From Escherichia coli (GTDB taxonomy: Bacteria > Pseudomonadota > Gammaproteobacteria > Enterobacterales > Enterobacteriaceae): a stretch of 64,000 nt of DNA. The DNA is taken from assembly GCF_013122565.1 (NCBI RefSeq), contig NZ_CP053258.1. One strand, given 5' to 3'. The translations under genes were made by a program, and so were the position numbers. Below, piece by piece: positions 1-16,241 of this stretch. The notes under the pieces were generated by a model. That model had not been told where the DNA came from, did no database searches, and saw only the letters and a list, made by a program, of their open reading frames with translations. Every line of letters starts with the position of its first letter. Within the stretch, counting starts at the first letter, position 1.

Positions 1-863
<863 letters not shown>

Positions 864-1008
864 CATCTTGTTATCAGGGCTATTTACGCCCTGATTGTCT
901 TTTGTTACTTACGCAACAATTCATTATTTTTATCACTTATCCTATAGCATTCACGAGGATTATCGCTAAACTATGCGGACTTGGAAATTTCCGTCAGTTA
1001 GGGTAATG

Positions 1009-1986
1009 ATGAGAGTAGAAAATAATAATGTTTCTGGGCAAAACCATGACCCGGAACAGATTGATTTGATTGATTTACTAGTGCAGTTGTGGCGTGGCAA
1101 GATGACAATCATCATTTCCGTCATTGTGGCTATTGCCCTGGCTATTGGATATTTGGCAGTAGCGAAGGAGAAATGGACGTCAACAGCAATTATCACTCAG
1201 CCCGACGTGGGGCAAATTGCTGGCTATAACAATGCCATGAATGTTATCTATGGTCAGGCTGCGCCGAAAGTATCGGATTTACAGGAGACGTTGATTGGTC
1301 GCTTTAGTTCTGCCTTCTCTGCATTAGCAGAAACGCTGGATAATCAGGATGAACCAGAAAAACTTACCATCGAACCTTCTGTTAAGAACCAGCAATTACC
1401 ATTGACTGTTTCTTATGTTGGGCAAACTGCAGAGGGCGCACAAATAAAGTTGGCCCAATACATTCAGCAAGTTGACGATAAAGTGAATCAAGAGCTTGAA
1501 AAGGATCTCAAGGACAACATTGCTCTGGGACGCAAAAACTTGCAGGACTCTTTAAGAACCCAGGAAGTAGTCGCGCAGGAGCAGAAAGATCTGCGTATCC
1601 GTCAGATTCAGGAAGCGTTGCAGTATGCGAATCAGGCGCAGGTGACAAAGCCACAGGTTCAGCAGACTGAAGATGTGACGCAAGATACGTTGTTCCTTTT
1701 GGGGAGCGAAGCGCTGGAGTCGATGATTAAGCATGAGGCGACCCGTCCGTTGGTGTTCTCGCCAAACTACTATCAGACTCGTCAAAACCTGCTGGATATC
1801 GAAAGCTTAAAAGTTGATGATCTTGATATTCATGCTTACCGTTATGTGATGAAACCGACGTTACCTATTCGTCGTGATAGCCCGAAAAAGGCAATTACCT
1901 TGATTCTGGCGGTGCTGCTGGGCGGCATGGTTGGCGCGGGGATTGTGCTGGGGCGTAATGCTCTGCGTAATTACAACGCGAAGTAA
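1009..1986 (+). CDS. wzzB: O-antigen chain-length determinant (polysaccharide co-polymerase Wzz)
   Basis: ORF 973..1986; translation from MRVENNNVSGQNHDPEQIDLIDLL matches WzzB/Cld with N- and C-terminal transmembrane segments; start chosen at ATG 1009 with an AGGG Shine-Dalgarno 6 nt upstream. Confidence 0.9.
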   Translation: MRVENNNVSGQNHDPEQIDLIDLLVQLWRGKMTIIISVIVAIALAIGYLAVAKEKWTSTAIITQPDVGQIAGYNNAMNVIYGQAAPKVSDLQETLIGRFSSAFSALAETLDNQDEPEKLTIEPSVKNQQLPLTVSYVGQTAEGAQIKLAQYIQQVDDKVNQELEKDLKDNIALGRKNLQDSLRTQEVVAQEQKDLRIRQIQEALQYANQAQVTKPQVQQTEDVTQDTLFLLGSEALESMIKHEATRPLVFSPNYYQTRQNLLDIESLKVDDLDIHAYRYVMKPTLPIRRDSPKKAITLILAVLLGGMVGAGIVLGRNALRNYNAK

Positions 1987-2040
1987 TCTTTTCGGTTTTA
2001 AAGAAAACGGGCAGGGTGGTGACACCTTGCCCGTTATTTT

Positions 2041-2121
2041 GCCGGATGCGATGCTGGCGCAACTTATCCAGCCTACATGTGCAGAGCGAATAGTAGGCCC
2101 GATAAGCTTGCGCATCGGGCA
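2041..2121. repeat. REP/BIME palindromic units between wzzB and hisI
   Basis: GCCGGATGCG...CTTATCCAGCCTAC followed by inverted GTAGGCCCGATAAGC...GCGCATCGGGCA, the typical REP consensus pair. Confidence 0.7.
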
Positions 2122-2165
2122 ATGGCTCCGGATGTGACAACAACATCACATCCAGCACCAGCAAC

Positions 2166-2770
2166 TCACTGATGCCGTTTACGTAGGTTCTCAATTACCG
2201 TCGTTAAATCCAGCTCCTGATCCTGCAACAGCACCAGCAAGTGATACATCAAGTCGGACGCTTCGTTGGTCAGTTCAAAGCGGTCATGTACCGTCGCGGC
2301 CAGTGCGGTTTCCACCCCTTCTTCGCCCACTTTCTGCGCAATGCGTTTGGTGCCGCTGGCATACAGTTTGGCTGTGTAAGAGGTTTCCGGGTCGGCAGAT
2401 TTACGCTCGGCGAGCAGTTGTTCCAGTTGATACAGGAACAGCCATTGGTGAGCGGTGTCGCCGAAGCAGCTGCTGGTGCCTTTATGGCAGGTTGGTCCGA
2501 TAGGATTCGCCAGCACCAGTAGCGTGTCGTTGTCGCAGTCCGGCGCAATATTTACTACGTTGAGGAAATTGCCTGATGTTTCGCCTTTGGTCCACAGCCG
2601 CTGTTTAGTGCGCGAGAAGAAGGTGACTTTGCCGCTTTCGACGGTTTTGTCCAGAGCTTCCGGGTTCATATAGCCCAGCATTAGCACTTCGCCAGATACC
2701 GCGTGTTGCACAATCACCGGCATAAGTCCGTCGGTTTTTTCCCAGTCCAGTTCGCGACGTTGTTGTTCTG

Positions 2771-2777
<7 letters not shown>
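2166..2777 (-). CDS. hisI: bifunctional phosphoribosyl-AMP cyclohydrolase / phosphoribosyl-ATP pyrophosphatase
   Basis: 203 aa translation matches HisIE; last gene of the his operon; 7 bp overlap with hisF. Confidence 0.97.
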
Positions 2778-4855
<2,078 letters not shown>

Positions 4856-4856
<1 letters not shown>

Positions 4857-5922
4857 TACAGCACTCCTTTCGACGAGGGCAGGGTGTCGCCTTCCACGCG
4901 GATGGCCTGGCGCAGGGTGCGACCAAAGGCTTTAAAGAGACTCTCTACACGGTGATGATCGTTTTTACCTTTGGTTTTCAGGTGCAACGTCACGCCCATG
5001 GTGTAAGAGAGCGAACGGAAGAAGTGCTCGATCATCTCGGTGCTGAGATCGCCCACGCGCTGGTAGGTAAATTCGGCTTTATATTCCAGGTGCGGGCGAC
5101 CAGAGATATCCAGCGCGCAGCGGGCAAGGCATTCGTCCATCGGTAGCACAAAACCAAAGCGACAAATACCGCGTTTATCGCCGAGGGCAATTTTTAACGC
5201 TTCGCCCAGCGCCAGGCCGGTATCTTCGACGGTGTGGTGATCGTCGATATAGAGGTCGCCTTTGACGTTGATTTCCATGCGGAAACCGCCGTGGGTGGCG
5301 ATCTGATCCAGCATATGATCAAAGAAGCCAACGCCGGTGTTAATCTTGCTGCCACCTTCGCGATCCAGCCACACCTGGACGTCAATTTGCGTCTCTTTGG
5401 TGTTGCGCACTACATGGGCGTAACGGTCTCGTTTAGTGAGCTGCTCGCCAATCATCGGCCAGTTCAGGGTTTCGCGGTCGTAGCGTAAACCATTAATGCC
5501 CATGTTTTCCGCCAGTTGAATGTCGGTCGCGCGATCGCCAATCACATAACTGTTAGCTCGATCCATCGCTTGCTCAGCCAGATAACGCTCCACCAGTTTT
5601 ACTTTCGGCTTACGGCAGTCGCACTCATCGGCGGGCAGGTGCGGACAAATCAGCACTTCATCAAACTGTACGCCTTGCGAGGTGAAGATCTGCATCATCA
5701 GGTTGTGCGGGCCATCAAAATCCGCCTGCGGGAAACTTTGTGTTCCCAGACCATCCTGATTAGTGATCATCACCAGCTTGTAGCCCGCTTTTTGCAGCTT
5801 CAGTAGCTCCGGGATCACGCCTGGTTCAAAGGCGAGTTTGTCAAAACGGTCCACCTGAAAATCACTCGGCGGTTCGCTAATCAGGGTTCCATCGCGATCG
5901 ATAAAAAGATACTTCTGACTCA

Positions 5923-5923
<1 letters not shown>
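4856..5923 (-). CDS. hisB: bifunctional histidinol-phosphatase / imidazoleglycerol-phosphate dehydratase
   Basis: 355 aa, HAD-like N-terminal domain (FIDRDGTL) plus IGPD C-terminal domain. Confidence 0.97.
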
Positions 5924-8294
<2,371 letters not shown>

Positions 8295-8299
8295 GGCGA

Positions 8300-9199
8300 T
8301 CACTCCATCATCTTCTCAATCGGCAGGACCAGGATTGAACTGGCACCCAGCGCTTTCAGTTTTTCCATCGTTTCCCAGAACAGGGTTTCGCTACTGACCA
8401 TGTGCATCGCTACGCGCTGTTGGTCACCCGCCAGCGGCAGAATAGTTGGGCGTTCGGCACCTGGCAGCAGGGCGATGACTTCATCCAGACGTTCGGTCGG
8501 TGCGTGCATCATGATGTATTTTGATTCGCGCGCCTGGATCACACCCTGAATACGGGTCAGCAGTTTGTCGATCAGTTGCTGTTTGGATTCTTCCATTTCA
8601 CCATCGCGCTGGATCAGGCAGGCTTTCGAGCGGTAGATAACTTCGACTTCGCGCAGGCCGTTTGCTTCCAGCGTGGCACCGGTGGAAACCAGATCGCAAA
8701 TCGCATCCGCCAGTCCGGCACGCGGGGCGACTTCAACAGAACCGTTCAGTAAGCAGGATTTAAAAGAGATGCCTTTCTGGTCGAGATAACGCTTGAGCAG
8801 GTGAGGATAAGAGGTGGCGATACGTTTACCATTTAAGGAGAGCGGGCCGTCCCAGGCTTCATCAACCGGCGTTGCCAGCGAAAGACGGCAGCCGCCGAAA
8901 TCCAGACGACGCAGGGTAAAGTAGCGTGGATCTTCACCCTGGGCGCGGCGGTTAAGCAGCTCTTCTTCCAGCACGTTTTCGCCGATAATCCCAAGATCTA
9001 CCACGCCGTCCATTACCAGACCGGGAATGTCGTCGTCACGCACGCGCAGAATATCAATCGGCATGTTTTCTGCCATCGCGATCAGGCGCTGGGTGTGAAG
9101 ATTGATTTTAATGCCACAGCGCGCCAGCAATTCGCGTGAGTCATCACTTAAACGGCCGGATTTCTGCATAGCTATGCGTAAACGAGTGTTGTCTGTCAT
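8300..9199 (-). CDS. hisG: ATP phosphoribosyltransferase
   Basis: Translation [25 protein letters not shown]... (299 aa) matches HisG; ORF-track call 8300..9238 carries a 13-codon upstream extension. Confidence 0.96.
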
Positions 9200-9245
9200 T
9201 TTGTTATTCCTCTTTAAACCTGTCTGAACCGTTATCAACCGCGCA

Positions 9246-9285
9246 ATAAAAAAGCCCCCGGAAGGTGATCTTCCGGGGGCTTTCT
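9246..9285 (-). terminator. his attenuator terminator hairpin
   Basis: GCCCCCGGAAG..CTTCCGGGGGC stem followed by a U-run on the minus-strand transcript, between hisL and hisG. Confidence 0.85.
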
Positions 9286-9344
9286 CATGCGTTCATGCAC
9301 CACTGGAAGATCTGAATGTCTTCCAGCACACATCGCCTGAAAGA

Positions 9345-9395
9345 CTAGTCAGGATGATGGTGATGATGGTGGTGTTTAAATTGAACGCGTGTCAT
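9345..9395 (-). CDS. hisL: his operon leader peptide (MTRVQFKHHHHHHHPD)
   Basis: Minus-strand ATG ACA CGC GTT CAA TTT AAA followed by seven consecutive His codons, CCT GAC TAG; read directly from the sequence. Confidence 0.97.
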   Translation of the reverse strand: MTRVQFKHHHHHHHPD

Positions 9396-9620
9396 AAAAG
9401 TCTCTGTGAATGTTTATTCAACTGATGTCTTTTAACCTAAACCACTTTCACGTTAGAAAGCAAGGGCTTTTTTATATATTTTATGGCGATGGATTTGTTT
9501 AATGAATGAGCGGGGAAAGGAGGGTGCCTGGAGTGACTACGTTAGAAAAGAAATCGTGAAAATATGTCTTTAAAACCCTCAAGAACATTGTGTTCTGTAA
9601 CTCAAGTGGGCTTTGTTCCT

Positions 9621-9719
9621 GCCGGATGCGGAGTGAATGCCTTATCTGGTCTACAAATGTTGCGTAAATTCAATATATTGATGTTTTTTGTAGGACTGAT
9701 AAGCGGAGCGCATCAGGCA
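9621..9719. repeat. REP/BIME element upstream of the his promoter
   Basis: GCCGGATGCGGAGTGAATGCCTTATCTGGTCTAC and inverted TGTAGGACTGATAAGCGGAGCGCATCAGGCA. Confidence 0.7.
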
Positions 9720-9822
9720 ATGGTATATTTGCTAACCGTTTCGATTTCATTCATAGAATGAATTGTCAGTTTTGATACGCTAGCGTAGCCTTATAGATCT
9801 AAGGTGTATCAGGAGATAACGG

Positions 9823-10647
9823 ATGAAAAAGGTCGCAATTGTCGGGTTAGGGTGGTTAGGCATGCCGCTGGCGATGTCACTTTCAGCGCGAGGCTGGCAA
9901 GTCACCGGGAGTAAAACCACACAAGATGGTGTCGAAGCGGCCCGAATGAGTGGCATTGATAGCTATCTGCTTCGCATGGAGCCTGAGTTAGTTTGCGATT
10001 CTGACGATCTGGATGCCCTGATGGATGCCGATGCGCTGGTCATTACGCTTCCGGCACGTCGTAGCGGCCCCGGCGATGAGTTCTATTTACAAGCGGTACA
10101 AGAGTTAGTGGATAGCGCGCTGGCTCATCGTATTCCCCGCATTATTTTCACCAGCTCAACATCTGTCTATGGCGATGCGCAAGGCACGGTGAAAGAAACC
10201 ACCCCGCGTAATCCGGTAACCAACAGTGGACGAGTATTAGAAGAACTCGAAGACTGGCTGCACAATTTACCCGGTACTTCGGTCGATATTCTGCGTCTTG
10301 CGGGGCTGGTCGGACCGGGACGTCATCCCGGACGCTTCTTTGCCGGAAAAACTGCGCCTGATGGTGAATATGGTGTTAATTTAGTCCATTTAGAAGATGT
10401 TATTGGCGCTATCACCCTGTTGTTACAGGCACCTAAAGGCGGACACATCTATAATATATGTGCGCCAGCTCACCCTGCGCGTAATGTTTTCTATCCGCAG
10501 ATGGCCCGTTTACTGGGGCTGGAACCTCCGCAGTTCCGAAATAGTCTGGACAGCGGAAAAGGTAAGATTATTGATGGCAGTCGGATTTGTAATGAACTGG
10601 GATTTGAATACCAGTATCCCGATCCGCTGGTAATGCCGCTGGAGTAA
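9823..10647 (+). CDS. yeeZ: NAD(P)-binding Rossmann-fold protein, epimerase/dehydratase-like
   Basis: 274 aa, N-terminal GxxGxxG (IVGLGWLG); matches YeeZ by sequence and by position. Confidence 0.9.
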   Translation: MKKVAIVGLGWLGMPLAMSLSARGWQVTGSKTTQDGVEAARMSGIDSYLLRMEPELVCDSDDLDALMDADALVITLPARRSGPGDEFYLQAVQELVDSALAHRIPRIIFTSSTSVYGDAQGTVKETTPRNPVTNSGRVLEELEDWLHNLPGTSVDILRLAGLVGPGRHPGRFFAGKTAPDGEYGVNLVHLEDVIGAITLLLQAPKGGHIYNICAPAHPARNVFYPQMARLLGLEPPQFRNSLDSGKGKIIDGSRICNELGFEYQYPDPLVMPLE

Positions 10648-10692
10648 ACGATCACGCCAGCAGGACGCCGCATGCACTGCAAGGGGGCGTGT

Positions 10693-11622
10693 ATGAAACC
10701 ACTGCTGGATGTGTTGATGATCCTCGATGCCTTAGAAAAAGAAGGCAGTTTTGCGGCGGCGTCGGCCAAACTCTACAAGACGCCGTCCGCTCTGAGTTAC
10801 ACCGTTCACAAGCTGGAAAGCGACCTTAATATTCAATTGCTTGATCGTAGCGGACACCGCGCTAAATTCACCCGCACCGGAAAAATGTTATTAGAGAAAG
10901 GGCGGGAAGTTCTGCATACCGTGCGGGAACTGGAAAAGCAGGCGATCAAACTGCACGAAGGCTGGGAAAACGAGCTGGTGATTGGCGTGGACGACACGTT
11001 TCCTTTTTCTCTGCTTGCGCCACTCATTGAAGCTTTTTATCAACATCATAGCGTGACGCGCCTGAAGTTTATCAATGGCGTACTCGGTGGTTCCTGGGAT
11101 GCCCTGACTCAGGGGCGAGCGGATATTATTGTTGGCGCGATGCATGAGCCACCATCTTCCAGTGAGTTTGGTTTTTCACGGTTGGGCGATCTGGAACAAG
11201 TCTTTGCGGTCGCGCCTCATCATCCGTTAGCCCAGGAAGAAGAACCGTTAAACCGTCGTATCATTAAGCGATATCGGGCGATTGTGGTGGGGGACACTAC
11301 GCAGGCAGGCGCTTCTACGGCCTCACAACTTCTCGACGAACAAGAAGCCATTACCGTTTTCGATTTTAAAACCAAGCTGGAGCTGCAAATTAGCGGCCTC
11401 GGCTGCGGCTATTTACCCCGTTATCTGGCGCAACGTTTTCTCGATAGTGGCGCGTTAATCGAGAAGAAAGTGGTCGCCCAAACTCTCTTTGAACCCGTCT
11501 GGATTGGCTGGAATGAACAGACCGCAGGACTTGCCAGTGGCTGGTGGCGGGATGAAATTTTAGCAAATAGTGCGATCGCCGGTGTTTATGCAAAATCTGA
11601 TGACGGAAAATCAGCCATTTAA
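10693..11622 (+). CDS. yeeY: LysR-family transcriptional regulator
   Basis: 309 aa from MKPLLDVLMILDALEKEGSFAAAS...; HTH LysR N-terminus; conserved position. Confidence 0.9.
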   Translation: MKPLLDVLMILDALEKEGSFAAASAKLYKTPSALSYTVHKLESDLNIQLLDRSGHRAKFTRTGKMLLEKGREVLHTVRELEKQAIKLHEGWENELVIGVDDTFPFSLLAPLIEAFYQHHSVTRLKFINGVLGGSWDALTQGRADIIVGAMHEPPSSSEFGFSRLGDLEQVFAVAPHHPLAQEEEPLNRRIIKRYRAIVVGDTTQAGASTASQLLDEQEAITVFDFKTKLELQISGLGCGYLPRYLAQRFLDSGALIEKKVVAQTLFEPVWIGWNEQTAGLASGWWRDEILANSAIAGVYAKSDDGKSAI

Positions 11623-11710
11623 AGAAAAATTATTATGACAAGCCTCTCATTCTCTTGTCATTTCCCCCCCATTTAGGCACAATGCGCCGCTGTCAAAAAA
11701 TGACTAAAAA

Positions 11711-11740
11711 CCGACGTTTCATCAGCGTCGGTTATTTTTT
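11711..11740 (+). terminator. rho-independent terminator after yeeY
   Basis: CCGACG-loop-CGTCGG hairpin followed by a T-run. Confidence 0.6.
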
Positions 11741-11888
11741 GCTTCAAACCAATCATTCATACCAAGAGGCCGGGCTTCGTACCGGATAGATATTTACTAA
11801 AAATCGACAGTTGTTGTCGCTGAGGAATCCAAAAAAATGGGGCAATTTTTTGCTTACGCGACGGTTATCACCGTAAAGGAGAATGACC

Positions 11889-13247
11889 ATGTCGCATAAC
11901 GTTACTCCAAACACCTCTCGCGTGGAATTGCGTAAAACGCTTACGTTAGTTCCGGTTGTAATGATGGGTCTTGCCTATATGCAGCCGATGACGCTGTTTG
12001 ATACTTTTGGTATCGTTTCAGGCCTCACGGATGGTCATGTGCCGACAGCCTATGCGTTCGCATTGATTGCGATCCTGTTTACGGCTCTGAGCTACGGGAA
12101 GCTGGTTCGCCGCTATCCTTCTGCTGGCTCTGCATACACTTACGCCCAGAAATCCATTAGCCCGACTGTCGGCTTTATGGTGGGTTGGTCTTCTCTGCTC
12201 GACTATCTGTTCGCGCCGATGATCAACATTCTGCTGGCGAAAATCTATTTTGAAGCTCTGGTGCCTTCCATCCCATCGTGGATGTTTGTGGTGGCGCTGG
12301 TGGCCTTTATGACCGCCTTTAACCTGCGTAGTCTGAAATCCGTAGCGAACTTCAACACTGTAATCGTCGTGTTGCAGGTAGTGCTGATCGCGGTGATTCT
12401 GGGCATGGTTGTTTATGGCGTATTTGAAGGTGAAGGCGCTGGTACGCTGGCGAGCACTCGTCCGTTCTGGTCTGGCGATGCGCATGTTATCCCGATGATT
12501 ACCGGGGCGACAATCCTGTGCTTCTCCTTTACCGGCTTTGACGGCATCAGCAACCTGTCGGAAGAAACCAAAGATGCAGAGCGCGTGATCCCGCGTGCGA
12601 TTTTCCTGACCGCGCTGATTGGCGGCATGATCTTCATCTTTGCAACTTACTTCCTGCAGCTGTACTTCCCGGATATCTCTCGCTTTAAAGATCCGGATGC
12701 GTCACAGCCTGAAATCATGCTGTATGTTGCGGGTAAAGCGTTCCAGGTTGGCGCGCTGATCTTCTCCACCATTACCGTACTGGCGTCCGGTATGGCGGCG
12801 CACGCAGGCGTAGCGCGTCTGATGTACGTAATGGGTCGTGACGGCGTATTCCCGAAAAGCTTCTTCGGTTATGTACACCCGAAATGGCGTACTCCGGCGA
12901 TGAACATCATCCTGGTTGGCGCGATTGCCTTGCTGGCAATCAACTTCGACCTGGTAATGGCTACGGCGCTGATTAACTTTGGTGCGTTGGTGGCGTTCAC
13001 CTTCGTTAACCTGTCGGTCATCTCGCAGTTCTGGATCCGTGAGAAGCGTAATAAGACGCTGAAAGATCACTTCCAGTATCTGTTCCTGCCGATGTGTGGT
13101 GCGCTGACCGTTGGTGCGCTGTGGGTTAACCTGGAAGAAAGCTCAATGGTTCTGGGTCTGATCTGGGCTGCTATCGGTCTGATTTACCTGGCTTGCGTAA
13201 CCAAGAGTTTCCGTAACCCGGTTCCGCAGTACGAAGACGTAGCATAA
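11889..13247 (+). CDS. plaP: amino acid/polyamine permease (putrescine importer PlaP)
   Basis: APC-family permease, multiple transmembrane segments; start [16 protein letters not shown] with AAGGAG Shine-Dalgarno 8 nt upstream. Confidence 0.92.
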   Translation: MSHNVTPNTSRVELRKTLTLVPVVMMGLAYMQPMTLFDTFGIVSGLTDGHVPTAYAFALIAILFTALSYGKLVRRYPSAGSAYTYAQKSISPTVGFMVGWSSLLDYLFAPMINILLAKIYFEALVPSIPSWMFVVALVAFMTAFNLRSLKSVANFNTVIVVLQVVLIAVILGMVVYGVFEGEGAGTLASTRPFWSGDAHVIPMITGATILCFSFTGFDGISNLSEETKDAERVIPRAIFLTALIGGMIFIFATYFLQLYFPDISRFKDPDASQPEIMLYVAGKAFQVGALIFSTITVLASGMAAHAGVARLMYVMGRDGVFPKSFFGYVHPKWRTPAMNIILVGAIALLAINFDLVMATALINFGALVAFTFVNLSVISQFWIREKRNKTLKDHFQYLFLPMCGALTVGALWVNLEESSMVLGLIWAAIGLIYLACVTKSFRNPVPQYEDVA

Positions 13248-13285
13248 TCTTACAAGCCGGATGACATCATCATCCGGTAAATCTC

Positions 13286-13318
13286 AAAAAGCCGGAGTTT
13301 GTCGCTCCGGCTTTTTTC
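13286..13318. terminator. bidirectional terminator between convergent plaP and sbcB
   Basis: AAAAAGCCGGAG..CTCCGGCTTTTTT hairpin flanked by A/T runs on both sides. Confidence 0.75.
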
Positions 13319-13320
13319 TT

Positions 13321-14748
13321 TCAGACAATCTCTTCCGCGTACTGCCAAAGCGCTTTTAACAGCGCCACTTTTTCTTTATCGTCGGCATACTGCTGCGCCA
13401 GCATCTGAATCTCTTCTGCATAGCCTTGTAAAAACTCGGGTGTGAATACCTGGCGGCGGTGCTCCAGCCAACGTTGCTGCTCGGCATAATCCAGCGTCCC
13501 TGGGAAGTTGCGCGCCCGATAATTGAACAACAGCTTTTCAATTCGTTTATCAACAAAAGTGATATCCAGTGCCGGTAAATTACGCGGCTCGGTTTCCAGC
13601 ACAATTTTCATTGCTGCACGATCGGCGTCACTGAAAAAGCCGTTATAAAGCTGTGCATCCACGTTATCTGAAGGCGTAAACGGTTCGGCTTCCGCGAATA
13701 TCGCCACCACTTTTTCGCGCACTTGCGGATTTTCACGCAGAATTTTCAGGTTATCGAGGCAATGCTGACGATTAATTCCCAGTCGGTCGGCATCTTCCGG
13801 GCGTAGCGTATTCGCCTGGGCCAGCACCGGACATTTATTGATATGCACCAGCTTAACCGGAACGGCGGCGTTATCGCTAAGATCGGTTTTTGCGGTATAT
13901 AAACGCTCGCGCAATGTGTCGCTATCCAGTTCCAGTAATGGCGAAATGTCTCCTGCCAAATCCACCATAATTACGGCATTGCGATTTTCAGGATGCCACG
14001 CCAGCGGTGCCACCCAGCTGGTATTGCCGCGCCATGCCCCAAACATTCCGGAAACGTGCACCAGGGGTTTCATCTGCGGAACATCAATCAACGCCATCAG
14101 TTTGTGTTTATTACGATGGGTAAAGAGATAATCAAACAGACGTGGCTGACACGTTTTTACCAGTTTCGCCATCGCAATAGTAGCGTACACGTCAGCCATC
14201 GCATCGTGGGCATTGCTATGTTCAATACCATTCGCTTTGGTTAAATGCTCAAGGCGAAAGCTCGGTAGACCGTCATCATTTTCAGGCCAATTTATTCCTT
14301 CCGGGCGCAGGGCATAACAGGCACGCATAACATCCAGTAAATCCCAGCGCGAGTTATCATGCTGCCAGCTCCAGGCGTAAGGATCGTAGAAATTACGATA
14401 AAAAATGTTGCGTGTGACTTCGTCGTCGAAACGCACATTGTTGTAGCCCAGAATACAGGTCTTCGGTACGGTAAAAAGCGAGTGAATACGAGCGGCAAAT
14501 GCGGCTTCGTTTTCTCCTTTCGCCCGAGCTTCCTGCGGGGTAATACCGGTAATTAATACTGCTCCAGGCTGGGGTAAATAGTCATCCGCGGGCTTGCAGT
14601 AAAAGACTTCGGGTTCGCCGATGATATTGAATTCGCTATCGGTGCGAATGGCTGCGAACTGTGCAGGGCGATCTAACGCGGGGTGCGTGCCAAAGGTTTC
14701 GTAATCGTGAAACAAAAAGGTAGATTGTTGCTTACCGTCATTCATCAT
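13321..14748 (-). CDS. sbcB: exodeoxyribonuclease I
   Basis: Translation MMNDGKQQSTFLFHDYETFGTHPALDRPAQFAAIRTD... (475 aa) matches exonuclease I, DEDDh exonuclease domain. Confidence 0.97.
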   Translation of the reverse strand: MMNDGKQQSTFLFHDYETFGTHPALDRPAQFAAIRTDSEFNIIGEPEVFYCKPADDYLPQPGAVLITGITPQEARAKGENEAAFAARIHSLFTVPKTCILGYNNVRFDDEVTRNIFYRNFYDPYAWSWQHDNSRWDLLDVMRACYALRPEGINWPENDDGLPSFRLEHLTKANGIEHSNAHDAMADVYATIAMAKLVKTCQPRLFDYLFTHRNKHKLMALIDVPQMKPLVHVSGMFGAWRGNTSWVAPLAWHPENRNAVIMVDLAGDISPLLELDSDTLRERLYTAKTDLSDNAAVPVKLVHINKCPVLAQANTLRPEDADRLGINRQHCLDNLKILRENPQVREKVVAIFAEAEPFTPSDNVDAQLYNGFFSDADRAAMKIVLETEPRNLPALDITFVDKRIEKLLFNYRARNFPGTLDYAEQQRWLEHRRQVFTPEFLQGYAEEIQMLAQQYADDKEKVALLKALWQYAEEIV

Positions 14749-14956
14749 TAGGTTAAATCCGTTATTTCTGCTGTCTGCCAGAGTATCAAATATCATCGTG
14801 CTAATCAGCTTTAGCGCGACAATTTGACAGCGAGTGGCAACAGATCATGTCAGATGAAAATGAGCGGGTAGTCACATTTTCTTGCACTTTATTCCAGCCA
14901 GTTCATAAGTATTTCCGTAAAAAGAACAGCTATTTGAAACTCCTGAGGGTTTGCTG

Positions 14957-16123
14957 TTGAAACGCCGTCTTATTATTGCTGCTTCTTTGTTCGTTTTTAA
15001 CTTATCGTCTGGTTTTGCGGCGGAAAACGTTCCTTTTTCACCTCAGCCTCCAGAGATTCATGCCGGGTCCTGGGTATTGATGGATTACACCACCGGTCAG
15101 ATCCTCACCGCGGGTAATGAGCATCAACAGCGCAATCCCGCCAGCCTGACAAAGCTGATGACAGGCTATGTCGTGGATCGCGCTATCGATAGTCATCGCA
15201 TTACGCCAGACGATATTGTCACCGTGGGGCGCGATGCGTGGGCGAAAGATAATCCGGTGTTTGTCGGTTCTTCACTGATGTTTTTGAAAGAGGGCGATCG
15301 CGTATCGGTACGTGATTTAAGCCGTGGTTTAATTGTGGATTCCGGAAATGACGCTTGTGTTGCTCTGGCTGACTATATTGCCGGTGGGCAACGGCAGTTT
15401 GTTGAAATGATGAACAACTATGCCGAGAAGCTGCATCTCAAGGATACGCATTTTGAAACAGTGCATGGTCTGGATGCACCAGGCCAGCATAGCTCGGCTT
15501 ATGATTTAGCTGTGCTTTCTCGCGCTATCATCCACGGCGAGCCCGAGTTTTATCATATGTACAGTGAGAAAAGCCTCACCTGGAACGGTATCACCCAGCA
15601 AAACCGTAACGGGTTATTGTGGGATAAAACCATGAATGTTGACGGCCTGAAAACGGGTCATACTTCTGGTGCCGGGTTTAATCTCATTGCTTCGGCTGTC
15701 GATGGGCAGCGTCGTCTCATTGCAGTGGTAATGGGTGCTGACAGCGCAAAAGGTCGTGAGGAAGAGGCAAGAAAATTACTGCGTTGGGGGCAACAAAACT
15801 TTACTACGGTGCAAATTTTGCACCGTGGGAAAAAGGTCGGTACGGAACGCATCTGGTATGGCGATAAAGAAAATATCGCCCTGGGAACAGAACAAGAGTT
15901 CTGGATGGTACTACCGAAAGCCGAAATTCCACATATCAAAGCCAAATATACCCTTGATGGTAAAGAGCTCACCGCGCCAATTAGCGCCCATCAGCGGGTA
16001 GGGGAAATTGAACTTTATGACCGTGATAAACAGGTGGCGCACTGGCCGCTGGTTACCCTGGAATCTGTCGGGGAAGGCAGCATGTTTTCTCGCCTGAGTG
16101 ATTATTTCCACCATAAGGCCTGA
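14957..16123 (+). CDS. dacD: D-alanyl-D-alanine carboxypeptidase (PBP6b)
   Basis: 388 aa; SxxK (SLTKLM), SGN and KTG motifs present; TTG start as in the ORF-track frame. Confidence 0.95.
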   Translation: MKRRLIIAASLFVFNLSSGFAAENVPFSPQPPEIHAGSWVLMDYTTGQILTAGNEHQQRNPASLTKLMTGYVVDRAIDSHRITPDDIVTVGRDAWAKDNPVFVGSSLMFLKEGDRVSVRDLSRGLIVDSGNDACVALADYIAGGQRQFVEMMNNYAEKLHLKDTHFETVHGLDAPGQHSSAYDLAVLSRAIIHGEPEFYHMYSEKSLTWNGITQQNRNGLLWDKTMNVDGLKTGHTSGAGFNLIASAVDGQRRLIAVVMGADSAKGREEEARKLLRWGQQNFTTVQILHRGKKVGTERIWYGDKENIALGTEQEFWMVLPKAEIPHIKAKYTLDGKELTAPISAHQRVGEIELYDRDKQVAHWPLVTLESVGEGSMFSRLSDYFHHKA

Positions 16124-16241
16124 CCTTTCTTTTGCAGCAGACTGGCAGGAGTGCGAGTCTGCTCGCATAATCAACACTCATTCCTTGTGGTTTTAACATT
16201 GCAACTACACTGTATATAAAAACAGTATTAATGGAGGCGTC

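Noticed and set aside
9564-9761. 65-aa ORF between hisL and yeeZ
   Set aside because: Its sequence is made up of REP/BIME palindromic units with no ribosome-binding site; not a credible gene.
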